Of a DNA stretch of 64,000 nt, positions 48,430 through 62,243 are shown one piece after another. Within the stretch, counting starts at the first letter, position 1; the number at the start of each line of letters is the position of its first letter. Under the pieces are notes generated by a model. That model was given only the letters and a program-made list of their open reading frames with translations. It was not told where the DNA came from and made no database searches. This DNA comes from Eledone cirrhosa (Eukaryota), in contig OZ024740.1 in the NCBI GenBank assembly GCA_964016885.1, positions 160,952,001-161,016,000 on the forward strand, given 5' to 3'. The position numbers and the translations under genes were made by a program.

Positions 48430-51400
48430 ACATGGAATCCCAAAATCTGCCGCTATTCCCAGCGAAACAGATTATGTCTACAACGGGATTGTCCTTTTAC
48501 CTATCTTCCCGGGACCCAACACATGAATAAAATAAGAATAAAACCCTAAACAATTAAAATCAACCACCACTCTAGCCTCAATATTTTTGCTTAATGCTCA
48601 AGGCATCAACCCTTCCACCAATACTCAAAAATGGAAGATAAAATTTCTTGAGGATTGGGTTGATGACCATCCTAACCACATCTCTTTCTTCATCCTCACC
48701 GAGACCCATCTCAATCCCCTCCACTTGGAAGTCGAGGTGAAAGTGAAGAATTTCAAAGCTCTCCGTGCTGATCACACTGGCAGAAGAAAGGGTGGGATTG
48801 CCATTTTGGACAAGATTCTTTTTCGACAGAAGCTAAGAAATTATTTTCCAATGGATACTGTGAAGCAGTCACTGTGTATAGTAAAACCAACAACTTAATA
48901 GTAGTTAGGCTCTATAGGCCACCCCAAACACCTCTACCAAGCTTCAAGCAATGCCTCAACAGCACAAAGTGTTTCATCCAACAGTGTCACCCTGGCAACA
49001 CCTTAATGATGATGGACTTCAACCTCCCCAGTGTTGACTGGTCTACAAACAGCTTGATACCAAGTTTTTCCACCTCAACCCCTGACAACGAGGCAGAAGA
49101 ATCCCTTCTTGACTTCATGCATGAGTTTTTCCTGTCCAAACTTGTGCTTGAACCAACAAGGTACCACAAAAACGTCTTGAACCTAATGTTCAGTAACCAC
49201 ACTGATACATTCCACAATATTGAGGTGGAAAAAACTCTACTCTCAGACCATGACATAGTTTTCTGTGATCTGAGATTCCACCGTCCAAAACGCAAACCCA
49301 ATGACATCTCTCCAGTTCATCCATTCGACACCATGGATCTTCATAAGGCAAACTGTGAAGCGATCAATCATAATCTTGCACATGTCAGTTGGTCTTTCAT
49401 GCACACGCACACACCCACTAACATCAAAAATAGCATTCATTTGCAGACACTGTAACAAATATATCTGAAAAAAATACCCCATTAAGTTCTGTAAACAAAT
49501 CTAAGTGATTAATCCCTTAAATAGAAGAACACTTATCAGAAAAATTAAAAGAATTAACAAACAAATCAACATACTGAAATACTGCCAGCAGCAACACACC
49601 CATTTGACTGCCATTACATTACATCACTAGATTTAAAAAAACACAACCTCCAAAAGAGCATGATGTCCACCATCAACAATCAAAGAGCAGCTGAGGAGGC
49701 CTGGGCTATTGAGAAAATCAAATTCAATCCCAAAGTGTTCTTTTTATTTGCGAAAAAACACAAAGTCACTGGCTCCACTGTTGGCCCTCTAATTGATGAA
49801 AATGGCACTCTCCAAGATAATGCTAAAACCATGGGTGAGATACTATATAAACAATACTGCTCTGTTTTCAGCAATCCTGATATGGCTGATCTGGGCTGTA
49901 TCAGTGATGTAATCCCCAACACACCATATCAGACATAATGTTTGGCACCCCTGATGCCTTAGTGGCAATAAAATAAACAAAACACAATTCAGCAGTAGGC
50001 CCCGATAGGTTCCCTGCTTGTGTCCTGAAGGTGTTTCTACACCAACTTGCATGTCCTCTTGCTAATCTGTGGAGGAACTCACTGGATGCTGGATATATAT
50101 ATATATATACCAGAAAACTTTCTATCCCAGTCGGTTGTCCCAATTTTCAAAAAGAGAAACAAATCCCTTGCCACGGATTACCATCCAATCTCACTCACCT
50201 CTCATATCATTAAGGTATTTGAGAAGGTAGGGAGATCATGAATAACTCACTTTCTTAAAAGCAACAATCTGTTGAACTCCAACCAGCATGGGTTCCGTAA
50301 TGGAATGGATTGCCTAACACAGCTACTTGAGAGCTTTGGGAGAGGGCACCAACACTGATGTCATCTACCTTGATTTCTGCAAGGTCTTTGACAGGGTTGA
50401 TCACAACATTCTACTGAGAAAGCTATCCAAGATCAGTGTCACTGGAAAGTTGCTGCAGTGGATCAAGTGTTTCCTGACAGACAGAGCTTAACATGTTGTA
50501 GTCGAAGGATTAAAATCAAGCCCAGCCAAAAACAGTAGCGGTGTCTCCCACAATACACAATGTTCGCCCCACTTCTTTTCATTATCTAAACTATAATAAA
50601 GGAAGGTCTGCAGGATTGTGAACGGTTTGTTTTTGTTTGTCCCGTTTGTAAAATAAGTTGGATTACTTTGAATAAATAATGAATGAATATTACATAATTT
50701 ATCTACTCAATTTCATAACCAAAATAATTTCGTAAAAATAAATAATTTAAAATTGACTTCTTTTCAAAGTTGCACTTCCAGTATATCGTCGCCCCACCGC
50801 CACTTCAACTACCATATATATAGCAAAAGAGAGTGTGTGATATCAACACTTCCGGTGGCGATCGCTTAACTAAACATACTAATTTTCCGTCACTAATTTT
50901 CTCCTAATGCAGTTTATATATAATATCGTCTTTTTTAATGTATCATGGATTATGTTACTGATTACATAAGACAGTGTAACACAGTCTTCGTTTAATTTCT
51001 GTGTATATTGTCAATTAGGATTTTATTTGATGTATCATATCTACATGTATATATACCTGCGTATAATATCAATATACACACTACACACGCCAGCAGAAAA
51101 CCTCCCAAAGGGTGGTTTTTCTGATAGTCTATATTAATGACATTACTGACATCATCAAGCACAGCAGCATAAAAATCTTTGCAGATAATTCCAAGCTCCA
51201 GAAGGTCATCAATGGCATGGGTACTGGATATGCTTCTAATCCCATCTACTGGCTGTTATCCAATGGGCGGAAAAGAACAGTATACTGCTGAACGAAGAGA
51301 ATTTTTAGTTAATCCACTTTGGAAAAGAGGATACCCTGAAACTCCCACACTCCCTTCCTTCAGGTGAAACTCAGGTGGCATCCAACAACATCAGAGACTT

Positions 51401-52143
51401 GGGAGTAATTGTGGACAACAATATAAGCTGGGCCACTCATATAAACAGCAAAGTTGACATGGCCCGTAGAATGTGTTCCTGGATTCTCAGAACCTTCCAG
51501 TCGAGAGATATCCACATTGTTATCCTTCTCTACTTTCGCCTGACCACACATTGAATACTATTGTCCACTGTAGTCTCCTCCCCACACAAAACAGTATCAT
51601 GAAAATTGAAGCTTCTCAAAGGTCAATCACGAAAAAGAGAGGCGGCATGACAGGCCTTGATTATTTGGGTCGACTAGAAAATTTCAAACTTTATTCTCTC
51701 CAATGCCACTGTGAGCACTACATTATCTGCCTGATGGGGAAAATATTCCATCAGCATTGCCCAAATGATGTTGGCATCACCTTTAAACTACACCCAAGGC
51801 TTGGGCCCCATGCTATCCGCCCACAACAAAAACCACACTCGCATCTCATAAGAACAATACGGCACAATTATTTCACCTCAATTGGCCCCGCTCTCTTCAA
51901 CATTACACCAAAACACATTAAAACAGAAGCAAACCCCATAAAGTTCAAGAAGTCTTTGAACAAATTCCTTCAAGAAACCCCGGATAAAGCTCCTACACAC
52001 AGAGATGTCTGCACAAACAATAATTCCTTTCTTGTGTGGGCAATGGTGTACAAATCATGATTTGAAAGACTTCGTCAGGTGGTGCTATTAAGTTAGACAT
52101 GACCTGGGTCAATACTGGCCAAAAGCTATCAAAGTTATCAAAG
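48430..52143 (+). mobile_element. CR1/L2-group LINE ORF2 (APE and RT), heavily disrupted
   Basis: LNAQG, ILTETHL, RADHTGRRKGG, LYRPP, DFNLP, LSDH, YHPISLTS, NQHGFR, YLDFCKVFDRVDH, LLFIIYINDI, RDLGV. The 3' tail is AAAGCTATC-AAAGTTATC-AAAG. Confidence 0.88.
50585..51127 (+). mobile_element. Non-autonomous Helitron (543 bp) inserted into the LINE RT
   Basis: It splits the codons CTT TTC ATT A|TC TAT ATT AAT GAC (LFIIYIND) between A and T with no TSD. The 5' end is TCTAAACTATAATAAAG. The 3' end has a hairpin CAGAAAACC..GGTTTTTCTG and terminates ATAG (CTAG variant). Confidence 0.85.
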
Positions 52144-52145
52144 AT

Positions 52146-52278
52146 CTAGCTGTCGAAACGGCCGAAGCTCAGCCATCGGGGTCCTGACTCTTTTCCTATT
52201 ACTCACTCTACTACCCTAAGTATTGAGTACTCTGGTGCATTATAGTCCACCTGGTATCTTACCACACCCTCTTTATTA
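52146..52278 (+). mobile_element. Orphan PLE terminal segment homologous to 20170-20288 and 21515-21570
   Basis: GTCGAAACGGC..AGCTC.GCCATCGGGGTC...CACTCTACTAC.CTAAGT.TGAGTACTCTGGTG. Confidence 0.75.
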
Positions 52279-52289
52279 TATATGTGTGT

Positions 52290-52593
52290 GTAAAAGAGGG
52301 ATAAGTTGTGGTGTGCAGGAGAGAAGGCTGAGATGGTATGGACATGTGATGCGCCTGGAGGATGACCGATGGGTGAAGAAGTGCCAGGAAGTCCCAGTGG
52401 AGGGAAGGCGCAATAGAGGTAGACCACGAAAAACCTGGGCAGAGGTGGTGAGAGCAGACCTCAGATTGCTGAAACTCACCGAGGAGATGACGCAGGACCG
52501 TACAAGTGGAGAGATGCTGTGCTGAATAGGACCTGTCCAACCCTTGCAAGCAGGGAAAAGCAGACGTAAAATGATGATGATGATGATGATGAT
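52290..52593 (+). mobile_element. RTE LINE 3' fragment with a (GAT)n tail
   Basis: ERRLRWYGHVMRLEDDRWVKKC...GRPRKTWAEVV; same family as 32062-34370. Confidence 0.9.
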
Positions 52594-53704
52594 ATACATA
52601 CATATATATATATATGTGTGTGCATGACTTTTTAATATATAATTGAATTTATTTTAATGCTTTGAGAAACATTTCTTATCTATTCACAAGTGCAGCTGCC
52701 TCTCTTATAACACATAAGAATATGGTGTACATATTCAAAAAATCCAGATACACACACATCATATAATTTCTTATGAAATCAACAAAATACATATGCCACA
52801 AAACTGTAGGTAGTAACAAAGTGAAATCTTTGTCTTACAATGTGTGTCTGTGTATTCATAAACTGATAGACACCTGTAAAATATAAAGGAAAAGAAAGTA
52901 AAGACGCTGATCAACAGAACACACCAGGGAAAACATGTTTCTATTGTTTTTGTTATTGCTGATACATTTGCTGATTACAACTCCAGTCAGAAAAGAACAC
53001 CATGGAATATAACATTTCATTCAAGAACACAACACATTGCTCAATTCAGGAATCAAACCCAACATTTTATGATTATGAGTGCAGCACCCTAAACATTAGA
53101 TCACAGATTTTCAAATATAAAAGATAGATAAATCATCATCATCAGCAACATCATAATTATATTCATTTTCTATGTCCTCACCAAAATAGCATCTTGTCAT
53201 GTTCCTTTGTCATCACTTTTGAGTGGCTGAGCATCCTCAGATCTCTTTTCACCATTTCAGATATAAGGAACATACATAATTCAGTAATAGAGTGGAGCAG
53301 AATGGGTTTGGAAAATTGTCATAGAAAATAAAAGAGACCATTATATATTTGAGGCCTTACAAATTCGTTCATATCACAGGACATTGAGATTGTTACAGAA
53401 AACTATTATGTGGTCATATAAAAACTTTGACAGTTTTTTTTTTTTTTTATTCACTTTATGTTGGTCCTTTTACATTTGTAGTTATTTTATGGCCCAGCTC
53501 TTATGAAATACAGTTGTCATTATATATTTTATAATAGCTACTTTCTCTTTCAGTTCTCTGATTGTTATAAAGCTATTTGATCAATACCGTTTAGGCGAAC
53601 AGCACTTAGATGTTGTGTCACAGATATATGTTGTCATAACTTGCTAAAAAAAGACTCTGAATGTGAAGCATAGTACATTTTGTAATATAAAGCCATAACA
53701 ATCT

Positions 53705-53732
53705 TTCTCTCTCTCTTTCTCTATCTATTTAT

Positions 53733-53810
<78 letters not shown>

Positions 53811-53820
53811 CTGTCTCTCT
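53705..53820. repeat. (CT)n microsatellite
   Basis: Directly visible. Confidence 0.95.
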
Positions 53821-56344
53821 TATTGTCATTCACTCCCAGCTCTCTCTCTCTTTCTCTCACTATTTATCTAATTCTCTCTCTCTTATTCCGTCTCTTTTAT
53901 TCTCACTTTCTTCCCACCTCTCTCTCTTTCTCATACATACATGATTCCTTATTAATAATCATTCTGTTACCATATAGTATTGTAATATACAAACTGAATA
54001 CATTTCTTTGGCCCAGACTTAGTCATGTGGTTAAAATATTAGCTATGCAATCATATGGTTCCGGGTTCACTCCCCCTGTGCTGCACCTTCTACAGATATC
54101 ATGGGTCAACCCAAACCTTGGGTGAAACTGAGCAGATTGAAATACAAGTGACCTCAGTGACAGATGTTATGAGTTTGTAATATTACCAATCTGCTGAGGA
54201 TGACATGAATGCCCTAGTGTTAAAAAGTGGCAGTGCTGGTGCCACAATATAATGCACTCAACACACTCTGTAAAATGGCAGTGGCAGTGCCATGATAAAA
54301 TTCACCTAGTACATGCCCTTAAGTGGATGACATTAGGAAGGACATCCAGCCATAGAAACCATGCCAGATTGGAATGTATGAGTGAGACATGTTCATCTGG
54401 ACTGTCTAGCTTCTGAATGCAACAACCCATCTAACCTATGCAAGCATGGAAATAGACATTATAATGATGAATACAGTGGTGGTTTCTCTAGCTTTACTGT
54501 AAGAAGTTTTTTTTTTTGTTTTTTGTTTTTACAAGACACCAACTTGTTGAGCAGTACAAATAAGTTCACCACTCCTGTCTGGGAATTCAGAATGTAAAGA
54601 ATGAGAACAAATGCTGTAAAATGTTTTGTCCAATATACTAAAAATTTCACCATTCCACTCCCATGAAATTGGGAGAATGAAATACAAAGTTGGCCTTGGT
54701 ATGAAAAATACTGGATTAAATACCACAAAACATTTTGTACCATGTTCTAACAATACTGCCAGTCTAATGCCTTGGATTGGTGCTTAATTTATTGAGCCTA
54801 GAAAGAGTAAAGGCAAAGCTAATGTCAGTGGTATTTCATCCAAAGAATTCTAACTCAAGCTCTAATAACTCTGCCAATTCTATGTAAAGAAAACATTTAT
54901 TTAGTCAGTGAGATTTGAACTCAGAACATAAAGGGCTAGAACAATACCGCAAGTCATTTTGGTTGATGCTCTCGTGATTCATGTGAAAATTATTATACAT
55001 TTGAAAACTCTGGTTAGGAAGAGTATTCCTGAGAGTTGATGTTCAGAGAAGGAATTATTTAGCCAAAATCTAAGTGTGTGGTCTTGAAAGATAAACCCAT
55101 TGTGGGATATAGGGGATGGTGGAAAGATGAATGTGTCATGTGAACTTTCTGGTATATACCATGTCTTCTTCTAGGGTTTTAGGTGCCTATGTAGTCACAC
55201 GTAGACATAAACACCCTTACAATCCTCCCTTCCTTGATCCAAAAGAACAACAAAGATATCACATTTGGAAGGAGAAAGGTCTGCACAAGCATTGGGCTGG
55301 GACTTTTTTATCATCCCCTAAAAGATGTAAGAATGTGGAACTCAGAATGCACAAACCTGAAACAAATATTCAATGTTCTAATGACTCGGCCAAATCAACT
55401 ACTTAACATACACACAATGCTTCCACATAGTTTCCATTTACCAAATTTATTTCATTCACACTCACAAAGCATTTGTTGATCAACTCGAGGCTATAGTAGA
55501 AGACATTTGCCCAATGTGTCAGGCAGTAAGACCAAACCCAAAGCCACATGATTTTTGCAAAGCAAACATCTTCACCACACAACTATGCCTGTGCCAAGGC
55601 CACCTTTACATTTCATCATTATTAGGCTAAATAAATCCTGCCAAGGTCATCTTTGTATTTCATCATTTTGAGGTTTATAAATAAAAGATCATTGCAGTAC
55701 ATTGCAGTGCATTGATTCTTCTCTCTCTTTCTCTGAGGAAGAAATTGGCTGAGATTATATATGGAGAGAGACTGGTGTGACCAAGGTCAGAATAACTTGG
55801 GTATTTTAAACTTGGTGACACCTGTCTCTCTCCAGTTATAACCTCAACCGATTTCTTCCTTAGAGAAAGAGAGAGAAGAATCAACTCATGTACTGAGCTG
55901 ATCTTTTATTTATAAGCCACAAAATGATAAAATATAAAGGGGGTCTTGGTAGGATTTGAACTCAAGGTGCAGAGAACCTGAATGAATCCCCGAAAGTATT
56001 TTAGCTGATGCATTAATGGCTCTACCAATTCTCCACCTATTACTTATGTTATATCTATGCAATCTTTACAGCCATGCCTATGCCACATGCAAGTATATAA
56101 AATTGCAGAAGTGTAAGAACTATTTGAGACATCTACAAAGAAAAAAGCAGCAGCAACAATCAATTTTTTCCTGTTATAAATTTAATAGAAATGTCTTAAT
56201 CTTTCTCTGTTTATCTGCTGTTATACCAGATATGTCATTGTCGTTTATTTGCTTTATAACACCTGAATTAATTATTCATCACATAAAGAAGCAAAAGAGA
56301 TAGATAATAATAACAACGATGATTATTATTGTTATTATTGTTGT

Positions 56345-57271
56345 TATTCCTTGAATCTCAGTCATTGATGTTGGTTAACTGGAAAGTCCGTTGGATTGAA
56401 TATCAAGCCACTACCTGCAGCCTCAGATATTCAGGACGTATCGGAGGGTTCTTGCTGTTCCAAGCAAGCATGCCTTTTGAAGCGTTCCAAAAAGCGTGAA
56501 GGGGCCGATTTTCTTTAACCATCCCTGGAAACTTTTGGAGATAGTCCCCAGTGCGCCTATGACAATCGGGATCACTTTGACTTCATGGCAGTTCCAAATC
56601 CTTTTCACCTCCCACTTTAGGTCCTGGTATCGGTTAATTTTCTCCCTCTCCTTCTCTTGCACTCTCGTGTCGAACGGGCAGGCCACATCCACAATCAGAC
56701 ACAATCATTTTTTTTTGTCCACAACCACCAGGTCAGGTCTATTGTGTTCCAGTTTTTTGTCCGTCTGTATCCTAAAATCCCACAGCACCTTCACCTGATT
56801 GTTCTCCATCACTGCCTCTGGCCTATGCTCATACCATTTCTCAGAATGTGGTAAATTGTTTACTTTGCACAGGTGCCAGTGGATCACCCTGCCCATCACA
56901 TCGTGTCTCCAGCCCTTATAGTGGGTCTGGGCTAGGTGTTTACACTCGGATACAATGTGAACCACAGTCTCCTCTCTCTCTCCACAGATCCTGCACAGTG
57001 GGCTAGCCTCCTCCTTGTAAATATGGTGCTTCAACCACTTCGTTTGAGGGCCTGCTCCTGCGCAGCCATTACCATTCCTTCTGTAGCCTTTTTGAGGTCT
57101 CCTCTTCTCAACCAGTTCCATGTCTGTGGATCTCTAAATTCAGTTTTCTCAAAGAAGGTACTATGAAGGGATTTTCCCTTAAGGCTGCTCTTCCTCCTTG
57201 ATGTTATTTCCTCCTTGGACATCCCCTGGCCTACTGTCCCCTCCTTCAGTACAGTTCTGAGCATTGGCTCC
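56345..57271 (-). mobile_element. R4/Dong-type LINE 3' fragment (CCHC and RLE) inserted in (TAA)n
   Basis: AAQEQAL, CRICGEREETVVHIVSEC, RHD, HNRPDLV, VDVACPFD...EKINRYQDL, PIVIGALG. TTA repeats at both ends. Confidence 0.92.
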
Positions 57272-57319
<48 letters not shown>

Positions 57320-57320
<1 letters not shown>

Positions 57321-58470
57321 GGCAGAGTCAGTAGAGCGTCAGATGACATGCTTTGTGGCATAGAGTTATGGCCCTTATATTCTGAGTTCAAATCCCACCA
57401 AGGTTAGCTTTGACTTTCATCCTTGTGGTGTCGATAAAATAAAGCACCAGTAATACATTGGGGTTGATTTAATCGACTTTCCCCGCCCCTTCAAATTTCT
57501 GGCCTTGTGCCTAAAGTAGAAACAGTTATTATCATCGACATCATCCTTTTATGTCAACCTTTCCATGTTTATATGAATTGGATGGGTTCTTTCCAGCCTC
57601 CTTCCACTCATAGTGTCATCTCATCTGTGAGGTTCAATAGTAATAGATATTAAAAATATAGATTTCTTTATTAGCCACATAAGCTTGAACATAGAATACA
57701 GTAAATATAAACATAGGGGATCACAATACATGTGGGGCTGGACAAAGTTATATAAAAACGAGAGTAGGCGCATGGGGGTTACTCTCCATACTAACACTCA
57801 AAGTAGTTTCTAAATTGAAGAAAGGACTAACAATTTGAGAGGAAGAGAAAGTCAATTATATCTATCCCAGTACTTGACTGGTATTTTATTTTATTAACCC
57901 TGGAAAGATAAAAGGTAAAATTGATCATGGCAATAATAATAATGATAATAATTTCTGATATAGGCACAAGGCCAGTAGTATGAAGGAGTGGGGAAAGTCA
58001 TTCAAATCGACCCCAGTGTGTTACTGGTACTTTATTTATCTACCTGTTAGGATGAAAGGCAAAGCTAACCACAGCAGGATTTGAACTCAGAATGTAAAGG
58101 ACCATAACTCGGTGTTGCAAAGCACGGTGTCTGATGCTCTACCAATACTTCAGGCACAAGCCAACACATTTTGGGGAAGGGAAAGTTGATTAAATTGACC
58201 CCAACACATTACTGGTACTTTATTTTATCAATCCCATATGGTTGAAAAGCTAATCTCGGCAGAAGGTGAACTCATAATAATTGTTTCTACTTTTGGCACA
58301 AGGCCAGCAATTACCCCAGTGCATTACTAGTACTTTATTTTATCGACCCCATAAAGGATGAAAGGCAAAGTTCACCTTGGCGGGATTTGAACTCAGACCT
58401 TAAAGGGCTGTAACTCTACGCTGCAAAGCATAAGGTCCGACCCTCCACCAATACTGCCAATCTACCACCC
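57320..58470. mobile_element. Cluster of SINE family B copies in both orientations (57320-57530 +; 57955-58145, 58150-58275 and 58280-58470 -)
   Basis: tRNA-like head (TGGCAG...GAGTTCAAATCCC) plus the TTTCATCC..GGTCGATAAAATAAAGTACCAGT core. Confidence 0.8.
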
Positions 58471-58679
58471 TTGAACTCATAATAATAATAATAATGTTAA
58501 TAATAATAAAGATAATAGAAATAGGTATGATAATGATGATGACAATTTTTTTTGAATGTGAAACATAAAAGAAGTTACATATAAAAGTTATTTAATACAG
58601 TTTTACGCTAGCTTATCTGTCTCTTAATGATTCAATTTAACTGTGTCCAGAATGTTAAAACTGGAAGAGAGATCTTGAG

Positions 58680-59590
58680 TGTGTGTGTTAGTGTGTGTAT
58701 GTATGTATATGTGTGTAATTGTGTGTGCCTCTGTGTGTGTAGGTGTGTTTGTCTATGTACGTATGTTTGTGTGTGTATGTATGTATGTTGGTCTGTGTAT
58801 GTATGTGTGCGTGTATCTGAGTGTGTGTGTATGTGTGTCTGTGTGTGTCTGTGTCTGTGTGCTTTGTGTCTCTATGTGTGTGTGGGTGCGTTTGTCTATG
58901 TATGTATGTATGTTTGCGTGTGTACGTATGTATGTATGTGTGCGTGTATCTGAGTGTCTGTATCTCTGTGTCGCTATATGTGTGTGTGGATGCGTTTGTC
59001 TATGTATGTATGTTTGCATGTGTATGCATGTATGTTTGTCTGTGTATGTATGTATGTTTGTCTATGTATGTATGTCTGTGTATATATATATATATATGTG
59101 TGCGTGTATCTGAGTGTGTATGTATGTGTGTGTGTCTCTGTATGTCTGTGTGTGTGTGTTCTTTCCTTTTATTTTTGTGTTAATCTTGTCAGGTGTATGG
59201 TCATCAGTCATTCACAGTGTATAACCTTGTATATAGCACAGCCTTATTCAATAGCTTATAAGAACAGGCTTATTATATAGTTGATTAGAATTGACAAGTC
59301 TTATATAGAGAATTCGTTTATCTTTATTGGTTTGTTAATCTGAGCGAGTGTCACAGCTACGATATAATATAATGTAATAGTGCTGCTTAGCATTCTTTCT
59401 TCAGTGTATATTACTGTCTATGAATTCAATGAAATTTAGAAAGTACATACATGTATACATACTCTCATATATATACACAAGCACATACACACACCCACAT
59501 ATATGTATATATATATATGTATATATATATACATAGACAAACATATATATATATACATACACACATTATATGTATTATATTGATATTGTA

Positions 59591-59625
<35 letters not shown>

Positions 59626-59682
59626 CATGTATGCACACACACACACACATACTTACACATTCACACACATACATACATACAC

Positions 59683-59717
<35 letters not shown>

Positions 59718-60115
59718 TACATACACACAAGCACACACACACACACATTCACACATACACATACAGAAAATAAAGTGAAGAGAAGAGATTGAAATATATA
59801 GGATTAAAATTAAATAAATAACTGTGTTTGTAATAACTAATCAATACAACTTATCTGTATGGTTTGTATGCCTGTGTGTATTACAATATAAATATAATAT
59901 ATATATAATGTGTGAATGTATATATGTTTGTGTATGTATATATATATATATATAAACATATATATATATATGTGGGTGTGTGTATGTGCTTGTGTGTATA
60001 TATGAGAGTATTTACATATATATGTGTGTATGTATGGATATATATGTATGTGTGTGTGTTTGTGTGTGTATGTATGTTTTTATACATACATATACAGCTG
60101 TGTATGTATATTACA
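58680..60115. repeat. TG/CA-rich low-complexity fields, including an imperfect ~140-bp inverted repeat (59459-59600 / 59875-60011)
   Basis: TACTCTCATATATATACACAAGCACATACACACACCCACATAT versus ATATGTGGGTGTGTGTATGTGCTTGTGTGTATATATGAGAGTA. Confidence 0.75.
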
Positions 60116-60459
60116 GAATGTGAGGTTGAAAAGTCATCAGTCATTTGATATATAAATAAATTAGGTAACCTAATGTTTCTGTCATTTAAATGTCAGTAAT
60201 TCATTTTAAATTGGTATCTGTTATCTGTTTCACCTTATTCAATAACTATATTAAGTTCTTCTGCTGGTTAAAAACAGTAATGCTGGAGACTAAATTCATT
60301 AAACTTTGTTGATTAATGAATTATAAAATTGTGCCGGTTCATTCTCTCACCTCACTATTTAGTTATTTATTTAGTTATTTATTTATTTATCTATTTAATT
60401 GTGATCTCCCCCTTCTTCTCTGTCTCTCTCTCATTATTTCTCTATCTCACGGTGAATTG

Positions 60460-60770
60460 GGCGGTGAATTGGCAGTATCGGTAGAGGGTTGGACGCCATG
60501 CTTTCTAGCATAGTTACGTCCCTTTACAGTCTGAGTTCAAATCCCGCCGAGGTTAACTTTGCCTTTCATCCTTACGGGGTCGATAAAATAAAGTACCAGT
60601 AATGTACTGGATAATTGCTGGCCTTGTGCCTAAAGTAGAAACAATTATTTCTCTATCTCACCTAGGTTAACTTTGCCTTTCATCCTTACGGGGTCGATAA
60701 AATAAAGTACCAGTAATGCATTGGGATAATTGCTGGCCTTGTGCCAAAAGTAGAAACAATTATTTCTCTA
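60460..60770 (+). mobile_element. SINE family B with a duplicated 3' half
   Basis: The core repeats at 60550-60660 and 60664-60770. Confidence 0.85.
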
Positions 60771-60806
60771 TCCCATATAATGTGTGTATGTATGTATATA
60801 TATGTT

Positions 60807-60854
<48 letters not shown>

Positions 60855-60857
<3 letters not shown>

Positions 60858-61682
60858 TCATCATCATCATCATCATCATCAGCGTTTAACGTCCGTGTTC
60901 CACGCTTGCATGGGTTTGGACGGGGGTAGTCCCACTTGAGGCAAGAGTGATTGTCTTGCTCGCATAGGACTGTCTGGCAGGTTTTCTACAGTTGGATGCC
61001 CTTCCTAACACCAACCACATTTACAGTGTGGGTCTGGGAGGTTTTTACCGTGTTGCCTACACGGCCACATTACAGCGTGGACTGTGTGTTTTTTTGTCGT
61101 GACACCTACACGATCTCATTTGTTTCGGCCTCGATGGCGCGGCACCAACATAACTTTACATAGAACGGGGTGGTGTGGATCGGGTGGGGGTGGTGGGACG
61201 GGGTGTATTTGTTAGAGATGCCTACTGGCTGGAGTAGGTTTTACTATATATTTAGGTAAGGCGGGTCTTCTCTGTTACTGAGTACCGCCAAAGGTCTCGG
61301 TCCAGTGACATTGTCTTGGAGAGGTGTAAGTGTGTGATGTCGGAGTTTATCAGCTCGTCCCAGGTTTTTCTAGGTCTGCCTATTCCGTGACTACCGTCTA
61401 TCTTTATTGCCCTGCACTTTGTTATACAGCTATCGACTTTCATGCGCATCACGTGTCCATACCAACGTAGCCTTCTCTCGAGTAAACAACATCTGATCCC
61501 TCTTATCTCTAATTTATTCCTTAGTTCGTTTATGCTTTGCCGTTCACGTATATTACTGTTACACATCCAGCGGAGCATGCAAGCTTCGTTCCTCTCTAGT
61601 CTGCGTATATCCTCTGCACACAATGCCCAGGTCTCACTGCCATGCAGCATTGCTGTTCGTATGCAGGCATCGTACAACCTGC

Positions 61683-61687
<5 letters not shown>
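60855..61687 (-). mobile_element. RTE LINE 3' fragment: RT C-terminus, ~370-bp 3' UTR and (GAT)n
   Basis: KGRLYDACIRTAMLHGSETW...RLRWYGHV...GRPRKTW, stop at 61252. The UTR contains GTTAGGAAGGGCATCC. Confidence 0.9.
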
Positions 61688-61744
<57 letters not shown>

Positions 61745-61745
<1 letters not shown>

Positions 61746-61980
61746 AGCGGTGAATTGGCAGTATCGGTAGAGGGTCGAACGCTATGCTTTGACGCATAGA
61801 GTTACGGCCCTTGCCATTCTGAGTTCAAATCCCGTTGAGGTTAACTTTGCCTTTCATCCTTACGGGGTCGATAAAATAAAGTACCAGTAATACATTGGGA
61901 TAATTGGTGGCCTTGTGCCTATTTTAGAAACAATTATTTCTCTATCCCATATAATGTGTGTATGTATGTATATATATGTT

Positions 61981-62040
<60 letters not shown>

Positions 62041-62243
62041 AGCGGTGAATTGGTAGTATCGGTAGAGGGTCGAACGCTATGCTTTGACGCATAGAGTTAC
62101 GGCCCTTGCCATTCTGAGTTCAAATCCCGTTGAGATTAACTTTGCCTTTCATCCTAACGGGGGTCGATAAAATAAAGTACCAGTAATATACTGGAATAAT
62201 TGCTGGCCTTGTGCCTATTGTAGAAACAATTATTTCTCTATCA
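61745..62243 (+). mobile_element. Two tandem, near-identical SINE family B copies separated by (TA)n
   Basis: 61745-61945 and 62040-62243. Confidence 0.9.
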
